Below, piece by piece: positions 29,772-38,584 of a DNA stretch of 64,000 nt. The notes below the pieces were generated by a model that saw only the letters and a list, made by a program, of their open reading frames with translations, was not told the DNA's origin and searched no databases. This DNA is from Vicinamibacteria bacterium (GTDB lineage: Bacteria; Acidobacteriota; Vicinamibacteria; Marinacidobacterales; Marinacidobacteraceae): positions 3,712,001-3,776,000 of the forward strand of contig OY821641.1 in the NCBI GenBank assembly GCA_963555995.3. Reading direction: 5' to 3'. Position numbers and translations under genes: made by a program. The stretch's first letter is position 1; the number at the start of each line of letters is the position of its first letter.

Positions 29772-31742
29772 CTAGCCGGAAGTTTCGGGCCTGATTTCGT
29801 GTAAGGCCCGTATTTTGAGTGAGTTGTGGGATTTGGGTGTTGTCGTGTAGTGGCTACATTCGGTGTGAGACGTGGAGTAGATCGAGGGAACGTTGCTGGA
29901 CGGGGGTGGGGTTGGCGTAGAGGGTGAAGGTGGTTTCGGCGTCGTTGAGTTGCATGGTGTTTCGGGTGAGGGTGCCGAGATCGGCGAGGAGGGACCGGAA
30001 GGATTGGACGGGGAGGCCGTCGTGAGTGCGCTTGGTGGCGGCCTTCTTCTGGGCGGCGGGCGAGCGCTGGGCGGGCTGGACGACGGAGTCCCGGAGTGAT
30101 TCGGCGGCTTCGGGGTGGTGGTCGTCGAAGAGGAGGGTTGCGAGGTCGTTTCGCATGTGCCACTCGACGTAGTAGGCGAGCATGCAGAGGAAGACGTGGG
30201 CGCGGACGCGGTCGGAGCGTCGGTGGTGGATCGGTCTGACCTTGAGGTCGACGGATTTGAGGGAGCGGAAGGCGCGCTCGACGCGGGAGAGGTTCTTGTA
30301 GGCGCGGACGGTTTGGGGGGCGTCGAGGCGCTCGGGCTCGACGTTGGAGCGGATGACGTAGAGGCCGTCGAGTTGTTCTTCGGTGGCGATCTGTTCGCAG
30401 AGCCGTTCGAAGGAGAAGGAGTCGTCGGTGATGTCGGTCTGGAAGTGCTTGGCGACCTTGTAGCGGTCGATGACCTTGCCGACGCGGACGCCGATGTGAT
30501 CCTTTCCGCGGAGGGGGCGCCGTTCGCGTTGGGTGGCCGCCTGGATGGGTTCGAGAAGAGCTTCGGTGGCGCCGAGGAGTTCGTTGCGCTTACGGCGGCG
30601 CTCGGCGGCGAGGCGGGGGTTGCGGCAGACGATGAGGCGCTCGCCGGGGAAGTCGTCGGAGGTGACCTCGGCGAGATCCCGTTGGTCGAAGAGGGAGGGG
30701 TTCACGGTCCCGTCGGCGAGGAGTTTCTTGATGGTGGGGGCGCGGAGGGCGGTGATCCAGCGCAGCCCCTCGACACCGGCGAGGTCCTCGCGGATGCGGG
30801 CGGAGGTGAGCATGCCGCGATCGCCGACCAGGACGACGCGGGCGAGGCCGAAGCGGGTGCGGAGCTTTTGCACCTGGGAGGCGACGGTCCTGGGGTCGCT
30901 GGTCGAGCCCTCGAAGACCTCGACGGCGATGGGGCAGCCCTCGGGGGAGCAGAGCAGTCCGAAGACGATCTGGAGCTTGTTCTTCTTTCCGTCGCGGGAG
31001 TAGCCGCGCTGTGCGAGGGGGCAGTGGGTTCCTTCCACGTAGGTGGAGGTGAGGTCGTAGAGGACGAGGGTGTTGTCTTCGAGGTGCCGGCGGGCGAGAC
31101 GCTGTTCGATGCCGGGCTGGCGTCGGAGGAGCCAGTCCATGGCGTCGTAGAGCTCGTGCTGGTCGACGTCGCCGAGTTGGAGCATTTCTCCGAGGGAGGA
31201 GACGGCGGTTTGTGGGTTGAGGGCGCGTGCGGTGGCGAGCTTGGAGCGGGGGTCGATGACGCGGGCGACGATGAGGGCGACGGCGAGATCGCGGAGCCGG
31301 CTGGGGGCGCGGGCGATGAGGGAGTGGAGTCCGAGGCGTCGGAGGGATCCGAGGGTGGCGGCGACGTGTCCGTGGGGGAGGCTGCGCTGGCAGTCGAAGG
31401 CGTCGTCGGGTGCGACGAGGGTTTCGCCCTTGAGTCCTCTGCGGATGAGAGTGATGACCGGATCGGGCAGGTGGGAGAGGTTGCCGAGGGTCTGGTGTTT
31501 GACCTTCCCGTTTTCGCGGAAGGTTCGGCGCAGGAGGTGGGATCGGTAGGTCTTGCCCTTGTAGTGTCGTTGTGTTGTGGCTACGTGGACGGCGTATTTT
31601 CGCGGCGGCATACCTCGTAGCATTAGGGACACGGCGACTCATGTCAAGTCATATTAGTGGCTGCATATTACATCCCGAAACACCCCTAACTCCATGACAC
31701 TCGGTCGCTTGGCCCGATTCAGGGCCCGAAACTTCCGTCTAG
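29772..31742 (-). mobile_element. IS1634-like insertion sequence
   Basis: Ends CTAGCCGGAAGTTTCGGGCC and GGCCCGAAACTTCCGTCTAG form inverted repeats, with CTAG at both boundaries. Confidence 0.88.
29854..31611 (-). CDS. IS1634-family DDE transposase
   Basis: YDLTSTY, GYSRDGK, VGDRGM, VERAFRSLK, RVRAHVFLCMLAY. Confidence 0.92.
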   Translation of the reverse strand: MPPRKYAVHVATTQRHYKGKTYRSHLLRRTFRENGKVKHQTLGNLSHLPDPVITLIRRGLKGETLVAPDDAFDCQRSLPHGHVAATLGSLRRLGLHSLIARAPSRLRDLAVALIVARVIDPRSKLATARALNPQTAVSSLGEMLQLGDVDQHELYDAMDWLLRRQPGIEQRLARRHLEDNTLVLYDLTSTYVEGTHCPLAQRGYSRDGKKNKLQIVFGLLCSPEGCPIAVEVFEGSTSDPRTVASQVQKLRTRFGLARVVLVGDRGMLTSARIREDLAGVEGLRWITALRAPTIKKLLADGTVNPSLFDQRDLAEVTSDDFPGERLIVCRNPRLAAERRRKRNELLGATEALLEPIQAATQRERRPLRGKDHIGVRVGKVIDRYKVAKHFQTDITDDSFSFERLCEQIATEEQLDGLYVIRSNVEPERLDAPQTVRAYKNLSRVERAFRSLKSVDLKVRPIHHRRSDRVRAHVFLCMLAYYVEWHMRNDLATLLFDDHHPEAAESLRDSVVQPAQRSPAAQKKAATKRTHDGLPVQSFRSLLADLGTLTRNTMQLNDAETTFTLYANPTPVQQRSLDLLHVSHRM

Positions 31743-31874
31743 CTAGCGATAGACTGACTTGACCCTACTATCTGCTGGCCACCGTGTCGCGGCGTGGCCT
31801 CGTCCGGAACCGCCATCCGGTGCTGGCGCAGGTCAAACTTGAAGCTGGCGCTGCGCCGAACGACGCGACCCGAC

Positions 31875-34800
31875 TCATCGAGTTGTGGCGGTAAGGCGTG
31901 AGAGGAGGCTTTCGATGCCGAATCCGGTTTTCCAGACCGCGCATCGGATGCGGATGCGTGGCGAACCAGTATCGAGTTCCAGTTGGAATCCCGCCGCGTC
32001 TTCGGCAGTGGCTATGTCTCGAAGGTCCTCGATTTCGTCCAGATCGGCACAGATCGCCGCCAAGCGCCTGCCGATTCCTTGAATGAATCGCATCTGCCGG
32101 CGTACGGCGTCAACGCCTAGATCCTCAGATCCAGCGCTGATCGGAACGACGCAGAGAAGATAATCGGAATCGTGCTGTACGGCAGTTCGAGCCTGGACGG
32201 CCGTCATCCTCACGCTGTCGTCGCGGGCGGACTTGATCTCCACCAGCCAAGTCCGTCCCTCTCGTACGAGCTCGAGCCCGATTGATTCGCCTTCCGTCAC
32301 CGGGTCGGGCCGAATCGCGAAGTCCGAGCCGACGCCTGTGCGCCTGACTTCGAAGCCCTTCTCCTCCAGATTCTCTTTGACCAGATCCTCGACGAGTCCC
32401 CCGAGCCTCTGGTTTTCATGCACCATACGACGGCGCGTTCGACGTTCGTCCAGGTGGTCGAAGAGTCCCTTGTCCTCTTGGATCTCGTCGGCGAGCGTCT
32501 GTAACCGGTCCCCATCGCCGTTGACGGAGGTCAGTAGCCGTGCGAGGGTGCCATCTAGAGTTTCGCGCTCCTCCTCGTCCTCCGCGAAGAGTGTGCGGAG
32601 GAAATCGGACCCGCCAACTCCCAACGCTCGCAGAATGGCGATTACATGCGGACTATCCTGCAGGTCCTGTGGGTGCCAGTCGCTATCCCGGACGAGCTGC
32701 GCGAGCGAATATGCGTTTGCTTGATCGGTGCTCCCCTTCGGCAGCGGAACCCACTTGTTGTGTTTGACTGGGACGAGCCAGATGGCCGGATAGTAGCGAT
32801 GGGACGATCCGCAAGCACAGTTGGACTGCTGGGCCTGTAGCCCCTGGGCGTCTTCAACCGCAAGCCATCCAACCAGGAAATCCCAAAAGAGTCGTGCCTG
32901 CTTCCGGCTTTTGCGGACCCTAGGAAGAACTCCGACGTCGGTCGCTACCAGAAAGGCGATCTGCGTGACTTCGACATCTTGATCCACCTCGTGGTCGACT
33001 TCTCCGGACAGGGGCTCGTCTGGAAGGAATCCGAACTCTTCCTTCCGCGTGTAGAGGACGCGTGTACGGTACAGGACACTCGTTCGGAGGAAGCCACGCT
33101 CGTCGAGTTCGGACCACACTGAATGGTCGTCAAGTTCCTTGGCGAAATTGTCCGCCAGAATGCGCCCCTTAGGGAACAGGCCTGAGTAACGCTGAAGGGT
33201 CTCCGGCCACACTCTCACTGGTGCAAGAGGTCGCTCGGGGTCGTCCTCATCGTGAAGGCGCAGCCTTATGGGGGTGCTCGATACACCGTCGTCCGACGGC
33301 ACCGGGAATCCCGCGAGGTGGTCCCATTGACCTTCCCGCGCCAAGTAACCGAAGAGCTGAACACTCGCGTTCCGGGAATCCTCGTCGAGCGCCTTGTCCA
33401 TGCGCTCGCGTAGGCGGTCTATCAACTCATGGATCACGGATTTGCAATCTAGGTCCCCAGCTCCGGGTTCATCGTCGAGTGTTGAGAGATGCGGATGCCT
33501 AAGTTCCGCCCGGAGATTCCAGCCCACGAGTGACGCGATTTCCTTGAGCTCGGGGGGGATGTCCACGTCGCGATGCAGCCTCTGAAGCGTACGGAACTGC
33601 CCGTCCTGATCCGGGATGATGCTTAGGCTCCGTAGCGCGTCGCTAAAGCCGTTGGCGGACAAGAAGTCGTGCAACTCGTCCAGCCAACTTACTGCACTCC
33701 GGTCCTTCAGTTGGTGTTGCAACTTCTCGACCGATCCAGCTGCTTCGACGCGTACGGCGAGATCATGTCCATTCATCGTTTCCTTGAGCTCGCTGACAGA
33801 ACGACCGTACAAAGTTGCCCAACTCTGTGCAGCTCCACACCAGCCCGGAGCAGCCACTCTTGTGGGGAGTGTGTCCGTCAGATCCTTTACGGGTTGGGCC
33901 AGAGACCACAGTTTGTGCACTGCCTCCAGCGTCTTGCCCATTGGTAGGGTGGAAGCGGTCGGCGCGACGGCGCCCCCCGACTCTGTCAGAACTACCGGCG
34001 TGGCGCGTATCGGGTCGACCAATTTGGCCTTGAGGCTATTGCGAAGCCAGTCGTCGTTCAACCAGCGTCGCGCGCGAACCGGCGGGAGGTCGGCAAGCAG
34101 ATGACCGTCGCTCCATCTCTCCTTTGCCGCGAATTCAGCGATCGAGAGTAGTAGCCGGCAGGCCTCCTCGAGAACGGCTTGATTCTCGCTGTTGACCGGA
34201 TCGTCGCTCTGCCCGAGATAGACACCGTCGCGGTCCTCGGTCGGCGAGAATCGCAGGCTGTGAACTACAGCAGGGAAGCTGAAGTCCTCTGTGCCAATCA
34301 GGGGAAATCCCAGCAGAAGCTTGGGAGCGTTTGTTGGCGGCACCAAGACCACGGAAAGGTCTTGGCGCTTGATGGGGACTACGACGCTTACCCCATCGGA
34401 TTCGGCGGCGATGAAACCTTGTCGCTTGGGTGCCGCGCCGTCGCTCGTTGTGACAGTCACTTCCACTTCCCTGATGCATGCGGCGAGGTCCCGCCTTTCC
34501 GTAAGCTCGATGGTGGTTCCAGAATTCGGCGTTCGGACTTCAATGCGTTGGAATTCTTGATTGACCACGGCCACCAAGGGCCCGCTTTGCTCCAAGGCCG
34601 TCACACCCTTCCGAACAGCCTCTGAAGCGCGCTCATCAATCGGATATCGAAACTCGGTGGACGTCTTGGGAAGTCTGCCGTTGCCGCGAGGCGTCAGCGA
34701 GGATACGAACTCCTCGAACGAGGCATCCATACGGTCCTTGAGATCGGCAACGGAGTCTCCGCCCCGGTCGATCTGGAATTCGAATGTCTGGCCTTCGGTT

Positions 34801-35162
34801 AGGTGCCCTGACACATGGATGGTTGGGGACAGCAGATGCGTAGTCAGGAAGCCGCTGCCGAATTGGCCAAGCGTGTCGTCGCCCTCGAGTTTCGTTGAAC
34901 CGTAGTAAATGAGATGCGTGATCTCATTGGACCTAAATCCGCGGCCGTTGTGGCAAAAGGTGAGTTCAGTGTCGCTTACCTCCACGGAGGCAACAAGACT
35001 CTCTCGTCCACGCGAGGTGTCTCGGGCGTTTTGGAGGAGTTCCCATATCCAACGCGGAAGGACACGCGACCGGTTGGATTCCAGGCCCCGAAGGTGCCTA
35101 TACACACCCTGCGCAGTGTTAGCTGTCAGTACCTTGGTCCTAGTATCGTTCCAGTCGGTCAT
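31875..35162 (-). CDS. Sacsin-like GHKL ATPase fused to a C-terminal DUF3883-like PD-(D/E)xK nuclease domain
   Basis: WELLQNARD, HNG, GQFGSGF at N-terminus; E..V, SDF, VEIKS, MTAVQ at C-terminus; lower GC than flanks. Confidence 0.75.
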   Translation of the reverse strand: MTDWNDTRTKVLTANTAQGVYRHLRGLESNRSRVLPRWIWELLQNARDTSRGRESLVASVEVSDTELTFCHNGRGFRSNEITHLIYYGSTKLEGDDTLGQFGSGFLTTHLLSPTIHVSGHLTEGQTFEFQIDRGGDSVADLKDRMDASFEEFVSSLTPRGNGRLPKTSTEFRYPIDERASEAVRKGVTALEQSGPLVAVVNQEFQRIEVRTPNSGTTIELTERRDLAACIREVEVTVTTSDGAAPKRQGFIAAESDGVSVVVPIKRQDLSVVLVPPTNAPKLLLGFPLIGTEDFSFPAVVHSLRFSPTEDRDGVYLGQSDDPVNSENQAVLEEACRLLLSIAEFAAKERWSDGHLLADLPPVRARRWLNDDWLRNSLKAKLVDPIRATPVVLTESGGAVAPTASTLPMGKTLEAVHKLWSLAQPVKDLTDTLPTRVAAPGWCGAAQSWATLYGRSVSELKETMNGHDLAVRVEAAGSVEKLQHQLKDRSAVSWLDELHDFLSANGFSDALRSLSIIPDQDGQFRTLQRLHRDVDIPPELKEIASLVGWNLRAELRHPHLSTLDDEPGAGDLDCKSVIHELIDRLRERMDKALDEDSRNASVQLFGYLAREGQWDHLAGFPVPSDDGVSSTPIRLRLHDEDDPERPLAPVRVWPETLQRYSGLFPKGRILADNFAKELDDHSVWSELDERGFLRTSVLYRTRVLYTRKEEFGFLPDEPLSGEVDHEVDQDVEVTQIAFLVATDVGVLPRVRKSRKQARLFWDFLVGWLAVEDAQGLQAQQSNCACGSSHRYYPAIWLVPVKHNKWVPLPKGSTDQANAYSLAQLVRDSDWHPQDLQDSPHVIAILRALGVGGSDFLRTLFAEDEEERETLDGTLARLLTSVNGDGDRLQTLADEIQEDKGLFDHLDERRTRRRMVHENQRLGGLVEDLVKENLEEKGFEVRRTGVGSDFAIRPDPVTEGESIGLELVREGRTWLVEIKSARDDSVRMTAVQARTAVQHDSDYLLCVVPISAGSEDLGVDAVRRQMRFIQGIGRRLAAICADLDEIEDLRDIATAEDAAGFQLELDTGSPRIRIRCAVWKTGFGIESLLSRLTATTR

Positions 35163-35438
35163 GCGGTATGGATCAGTAGAGTGTGCACTACGTCGCTCCG
35201 TAGAGGCAAAAGTCGCCGTCGGTTGGCCCCGACGTTTCGCGCGACATAGTCGGCTACCCGCTGCGCGACCGTCCAGCGAGTAGCGGCGAGGCCTCGACGG
35301 CGTCGCTGAGAAAACCGGGAGTTGCTGGCGCGGGAAGCGTATCCGCCGCGAACGGGATCGGGAAGTAACGTACGGACCGTGACACATTCACCCGCAGAAG
35401 CCCTGCCTCCATCCGTTGTGGCTCGTTCTCAACTCCTC

Positions 35439-35491
35439 GCTGACGACCTCGTCGAGGGGGAGGTGCCGGATGTTCGGGAGCTGGGCGCCGG
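35439..35491 (-). repeat. Diverged duplicate of the nitroreductase 3' end
   Basis: Gap-free match to 35694-35746, 45/53 nt; GAQLPNIRHLPLDEVVS versus GARVPDIERLPLDQVVS. Confidence 0.9.
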
Positions 35492-35625
35492 TGAACTGGC
35501 GGCGGGTGGGCGGACCGGGTCCGGGTTTCGTCAAGTGGTCGAAGAGATTCTGGCCGATGCCGGGTAGGAACATGCGGCGGTAGCGCGGTTGGCGTACGCG
35601 TCGTGAGGGTGGGTGGGGTTGTGCG

Positions 35626-35675
35626 GTGCGCGGCGCGGAGCGCCGCGCGTGTCGGTCTGGAGACCGGCGTTCCAA
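35626..35675 (-). repeat. REP-like double-hairpin element
   Basis: Same family as 15306; starts 9 nt after the nitroreductase stop. Confidence 0.88.
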
Positions 35676-35684
35676 TCCGGGGTG

Positions 35685-36356
35685 TTACTTCGTGCTGACG
35701 ACCTGGTCGAGGGGGAGGCGCTCGATGTCCGGGACGCGGGCGCCGGGTTTGGGGTAGCCGGCCACCAGGAGGAGGAAGGGGACTTCGTTCGCGGGGCGGT
35801 CGAGGAGGTCGTTCAGGAATCCCATCGGGCTCGGCGTGTGGGTGAGGGTCGCGAGCCCGGCGTGATGGAGCGCCGCGATCAGGAACCCGGCGGCGATTCC
35901 CACCGATTCGGAGTGGTAGTAGTTCCGCACCCGCTTCCCGTCGGCACGGGCGATGTAGCGCTGCATGAAGACGGCGATCAGCACCGGCGCCTCGACGAGG
36001 AACGGCTTGTTGGTGTCGGTGCCCAGGGGTGCGAGGGCGGCGAGCCATTCCGGCGGCGCCTTGCCGCCGTAGAACTCCCGCTCCTCGGCCTCGGCCGCCT
36101 CGCGGAGCCGCGCCCGGATCGCGGGGTCCCGCACCACCACGAAACGCCACGGCTGCAGGTTCGCCCCGCTCGGGGCCGAGGCAGCGGTGCGGAGCGCCGC
36201 CTCGATCACCCGCTCGGGCACCAGGCGGGAGTCGAAGTCCCGGACCGTCCGGCGCCGGACCATGTGCTCGGCGAACCGCCGGGCCCGGGCGACCATCTCC
36301 TCCGGCGGGAACCCCGGAAAGTCCAGCTCGACGGCGCTCCACGGGTTGTCCGGCAC
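35685..36356 (-). CDS. Nitroreductase superfamily, iodotyrosine deiodinase-like
   Basis: RRTVRDF, APSGANLQPW, AAEAEEREFY, LAPLGTDTNKPFL, THTPSPM. Confidence 0.85.
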   Translation of the reverse strand: MPDNPWSAVELDFPGFPPEEMVARARRFAEHMVRRRTVRDFDSRLVPERVIEAALRTAASAPSGANLQPWRFVVVRDPAIRARLREAAEAEEREFYGGKAPPEWLAALAPLGTDTNKPFLVEAPVLIAVFMQRYIARADGKRVRNYYHSESVGIAAGFLIAALHHAGLATLTHTPSPMGFLNDLLDRPANEVPFLLLVAGYPKPGARVPDIERLPLDQVVSTK

Positions 36357-36363
36357 GCCCGCC

Positions 36364-37374
36364 TCAACGCGTCGCGCAGATGTGGCGGACGATGGCTTCC
36401 CCGTGGAAGCGGCCGTTCTCGATGAAGACCATGTTGGTGCGGCGGCCGGCGACCACCCCGCCGGCGAGGTAGAGCCCGGGCACCTCGGTGGCGAACGTCT
36501 CCGGATCGGTGATGGGCCTACCGTCCACTCCCTCGCTCCGGACCCCGAGCGATTCCAGGAACCGGTAGGGCGGCCGGTAGCCGAGGAGCGCCAGCACGAA
36601 GTCGTTCGGGATCTCGCGCCTCGCACCGCCTGAGTCCCGCAGGGTCAGGGACGCCATCCGGATCTCCTCGACCACCGAACCGAGCCAGCCGGCGATCTCG
36701 CGCCGCGCCAGCCGGTTCTCGATGTCCGGCCGCACCCAGTACTTCAGGTGCGAGGAGAGCGTCTCGCCCCGGTGGATGAGGGTGACCTCGACCCCCGCCC
36801 GGAACAGTTCGAGCGCGGCCTCGGCCGCCGAGTTGCCGCCCCCGATGACCGCGACCTTCGATCCGAAGTAGGGATGCGTCTCCACGTAGCGGCAGGAGAC
36901 CTTGTCGAGCTCCGCCCCCGGGACGTCGAGCCGGTTCGGGTTCTCGAAATAGCCGACCGCCAGCACCACGTTCCGGGCCTGCACCGGACCCGGGTCGGGG
37001 ATCCCCTCCCGCTCGCTCCTCAGGTGGAGCGTGAAGATGTTCTCATCGGAAGTCCCGTCGCGCTCCACCCGCTCGACCCGCGTGAAGAGCCGCGGATGCA
37101 GGTCGTAGTGCTGGGCGACCTTCCGGTAATAGACCAGCGCCTCGTAGCGCGACGGTTTCTCGCGGTGGCAGACGAGCGGGAGGCCGCCGATCTCGAGGAG
37201 TTCCGGGGTGGTGAAGAAGATCATGTTCACCGGGAAGCGGCGGATCGAGTCCACGAGCCCGCCCTTCTCGATGACCTCGTAAGTGAGCCCCGCGCGCTGG
37301 CACTCGATGGCGGTGGCGAGACCGGACGGCCCTCCCCCGACGATGGCTACGTCGAGGACGCCGCCGGCGCTCAT
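36364..37374 (-). CDS. YpdA-family FAD-dependent (putative bacillithiol) disulfide reductase
   Basis: GGGPSG, FFTTPELLEIG, GGGNSA, FIENGRFH. Confidence 0.88.
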   Translation of the reverse strand: MSAGGVLDVAIVGGGPSGLATAIECQRAGLTYEVIEKGGLVDSIRRFPVNMIFFTTPELLEIGGLPLVCHREKPSRYEALVYYRKVAQHYDLHPRLFTRVERVERDGTSDENIFTLHLRSEREGIPDPGPVQARNVVLAVGYFENPNRLDVPGAELDKVSCRYVETHPYFGSKVAVIGGGNSAAEAALELFRAGVEVTLIHRGETLSSHLKYWVRPDIENRLARREIAGWLGSVVEEIRMASLTLRDSGGARREIPNDFVLALLGYRPPYRFLESLGVRSEGVDGRPITDPETFATEVPGLYLAGGVVAGRRTNMVFIENGRFHGEAIVRHICATR

Positions 37375-38534
37375 GGGATCGTTTCCACGCGGGCGCGGAG
37401 GATCTCCACGCGCTCGAGGGGCGCCTCGTCCTCGCCGGCGGGCAGAGCCTCGATCGTCTCCACGACGTCGTATCCGGAAACGACCCGCCCGAACACCGAG
37501 TACTCGCCGTCGAGTTCCGAAGCCCGTCCGGTCACGATGAAGAAGGAGGTCATGGCGCTGTGGAGCGCCGCCAGCCGCGCCATCGAGACGATGCCGGGTT
37601 CGTGGGGAATGGCGCTGAACTCCGGCGCCAGGTTCGTGATGTGCTGCTCGATGCTCTCCGGCACCGGAGGGTCGCGGGTCTCCATCCAGCCGGTCTGGAT
37701 GACGAAGCCGGGGACGACCCGGTGGAACGCGGTGCCGTCGTAGGCCCCGAGCACCGAGAGGCGCAGGAAGTTCCGCACGTGGTTGGGAGCGGTCTCCGGC
37801 AGCATCTCGATCCCGATCTCCCCGTGCAGGGTCTCGAGGACGACCCGGAAGTTGGCGAGCTCCGCGTCGCTCTCCTCGGAGAACGGGGGCGGCAGTTCCG
37901 GGGGGCGGTCGCGGACGGTGGCGCGGAGCACCTCCACCCGCTCGAGCGGCATCCCGCGCTCGTTCGCCGGGAGCTCGGAGATCACCGTGACTTCGTGGAT
38001 CCCCTCGACCACCCGGGCGAACACGGTGTACGCGCCGTCGAGCGACGGCTGGTCGGTCACCACGAGGAAGAACTGGGAACCGGCGCTGTCCGGCCGGCCG
38101 GGGACCTGGACCGCGGAGACGGCGCCCCGGACGTGGCGCTCGTCGTTCGGCTCGCGGGCGAGCCGCAACAGGCCCCCGGTCCCGTAGGCCTCGGTCGCCT
38201 CCGGGTCCCGCGACAGCGGGTCGCCGCCCTGAACGATCCCGCGCGCGATGACCCGGTGGAACGCGGTGCCGTCGTAGTTGCCCTCCTCGGCCTGCAGCAG
38301 GAAGAACGCGGCGTGGTTCGGGGCCTTCTCGGGCAGGACCTCGATGACGAAGCTCCCGTGGGTGGTCTCGAAGACGACCTGCTTGCCCATCATCTCTTCG
38401 ACGGGGCGGTCGGCGGTGAAGAGGTCCTCGGGCTGCGCGGCCGCTCCGCACGCCAGGCCAAGGCCCAGAACGAGGACGGCAGCCGTCCCGCGGAACGGGA
38501 GGCTTCGAGGGTTCACGCGCCGGGCTATCCGCAA
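37371..38534 (-). CDS. Secreted peptidyl-prolyl isomerase with two cyclophilin domains (start uncertain)
   Basis: Two YDGTAFHRV motifs; YTVFARV and YSVFGRV. Confidence 0.9.
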   Translation of the reverse strand: MRIARRVNPRSLPFRGTAAVLVLGLGLACGAAAQPEDLFTADRPVEEMMGKQVVFETTHGSFVIEVLPEKAPNHAAFFLLQAEEGNYDGTAFHRVIARGIVQGGDPLSRDPEATEAYGTGGLLRLAREPNDERHVRGAVSAVQVPGRPDSAGSQFFLVVTDQPSLDGAYTVFARVVEGIHEVTVISELPANERGMPLERVEVLRATVRDRPPELPPPFSEESDAELANFRVVLETLHGEIGIEMLPETAPNHVRNFLRLSVLGAYDGTAFHRVVPGFVIQTGWMETRDPPVPESIEQHITNLAPEFSAIPHEPGIVSMARLAALHSAMTSFFIVTGRASELDGEYSVFGRVVSGYDVVETIEALPAGEDEAPLERVEILRARVETIP

Positions 38535-38584
38535 GAAATGAAACGCGGTGTCAGACAGGAGGGGCAGTATATTCCCGGCCCTTC

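Noticed and set aside
31895-31930. GHKL-nuclease C-terminus (IESLL) as another displaced nitroreductase tail (IERLP)
   Set aside because: Match is too short and plausible by chance.
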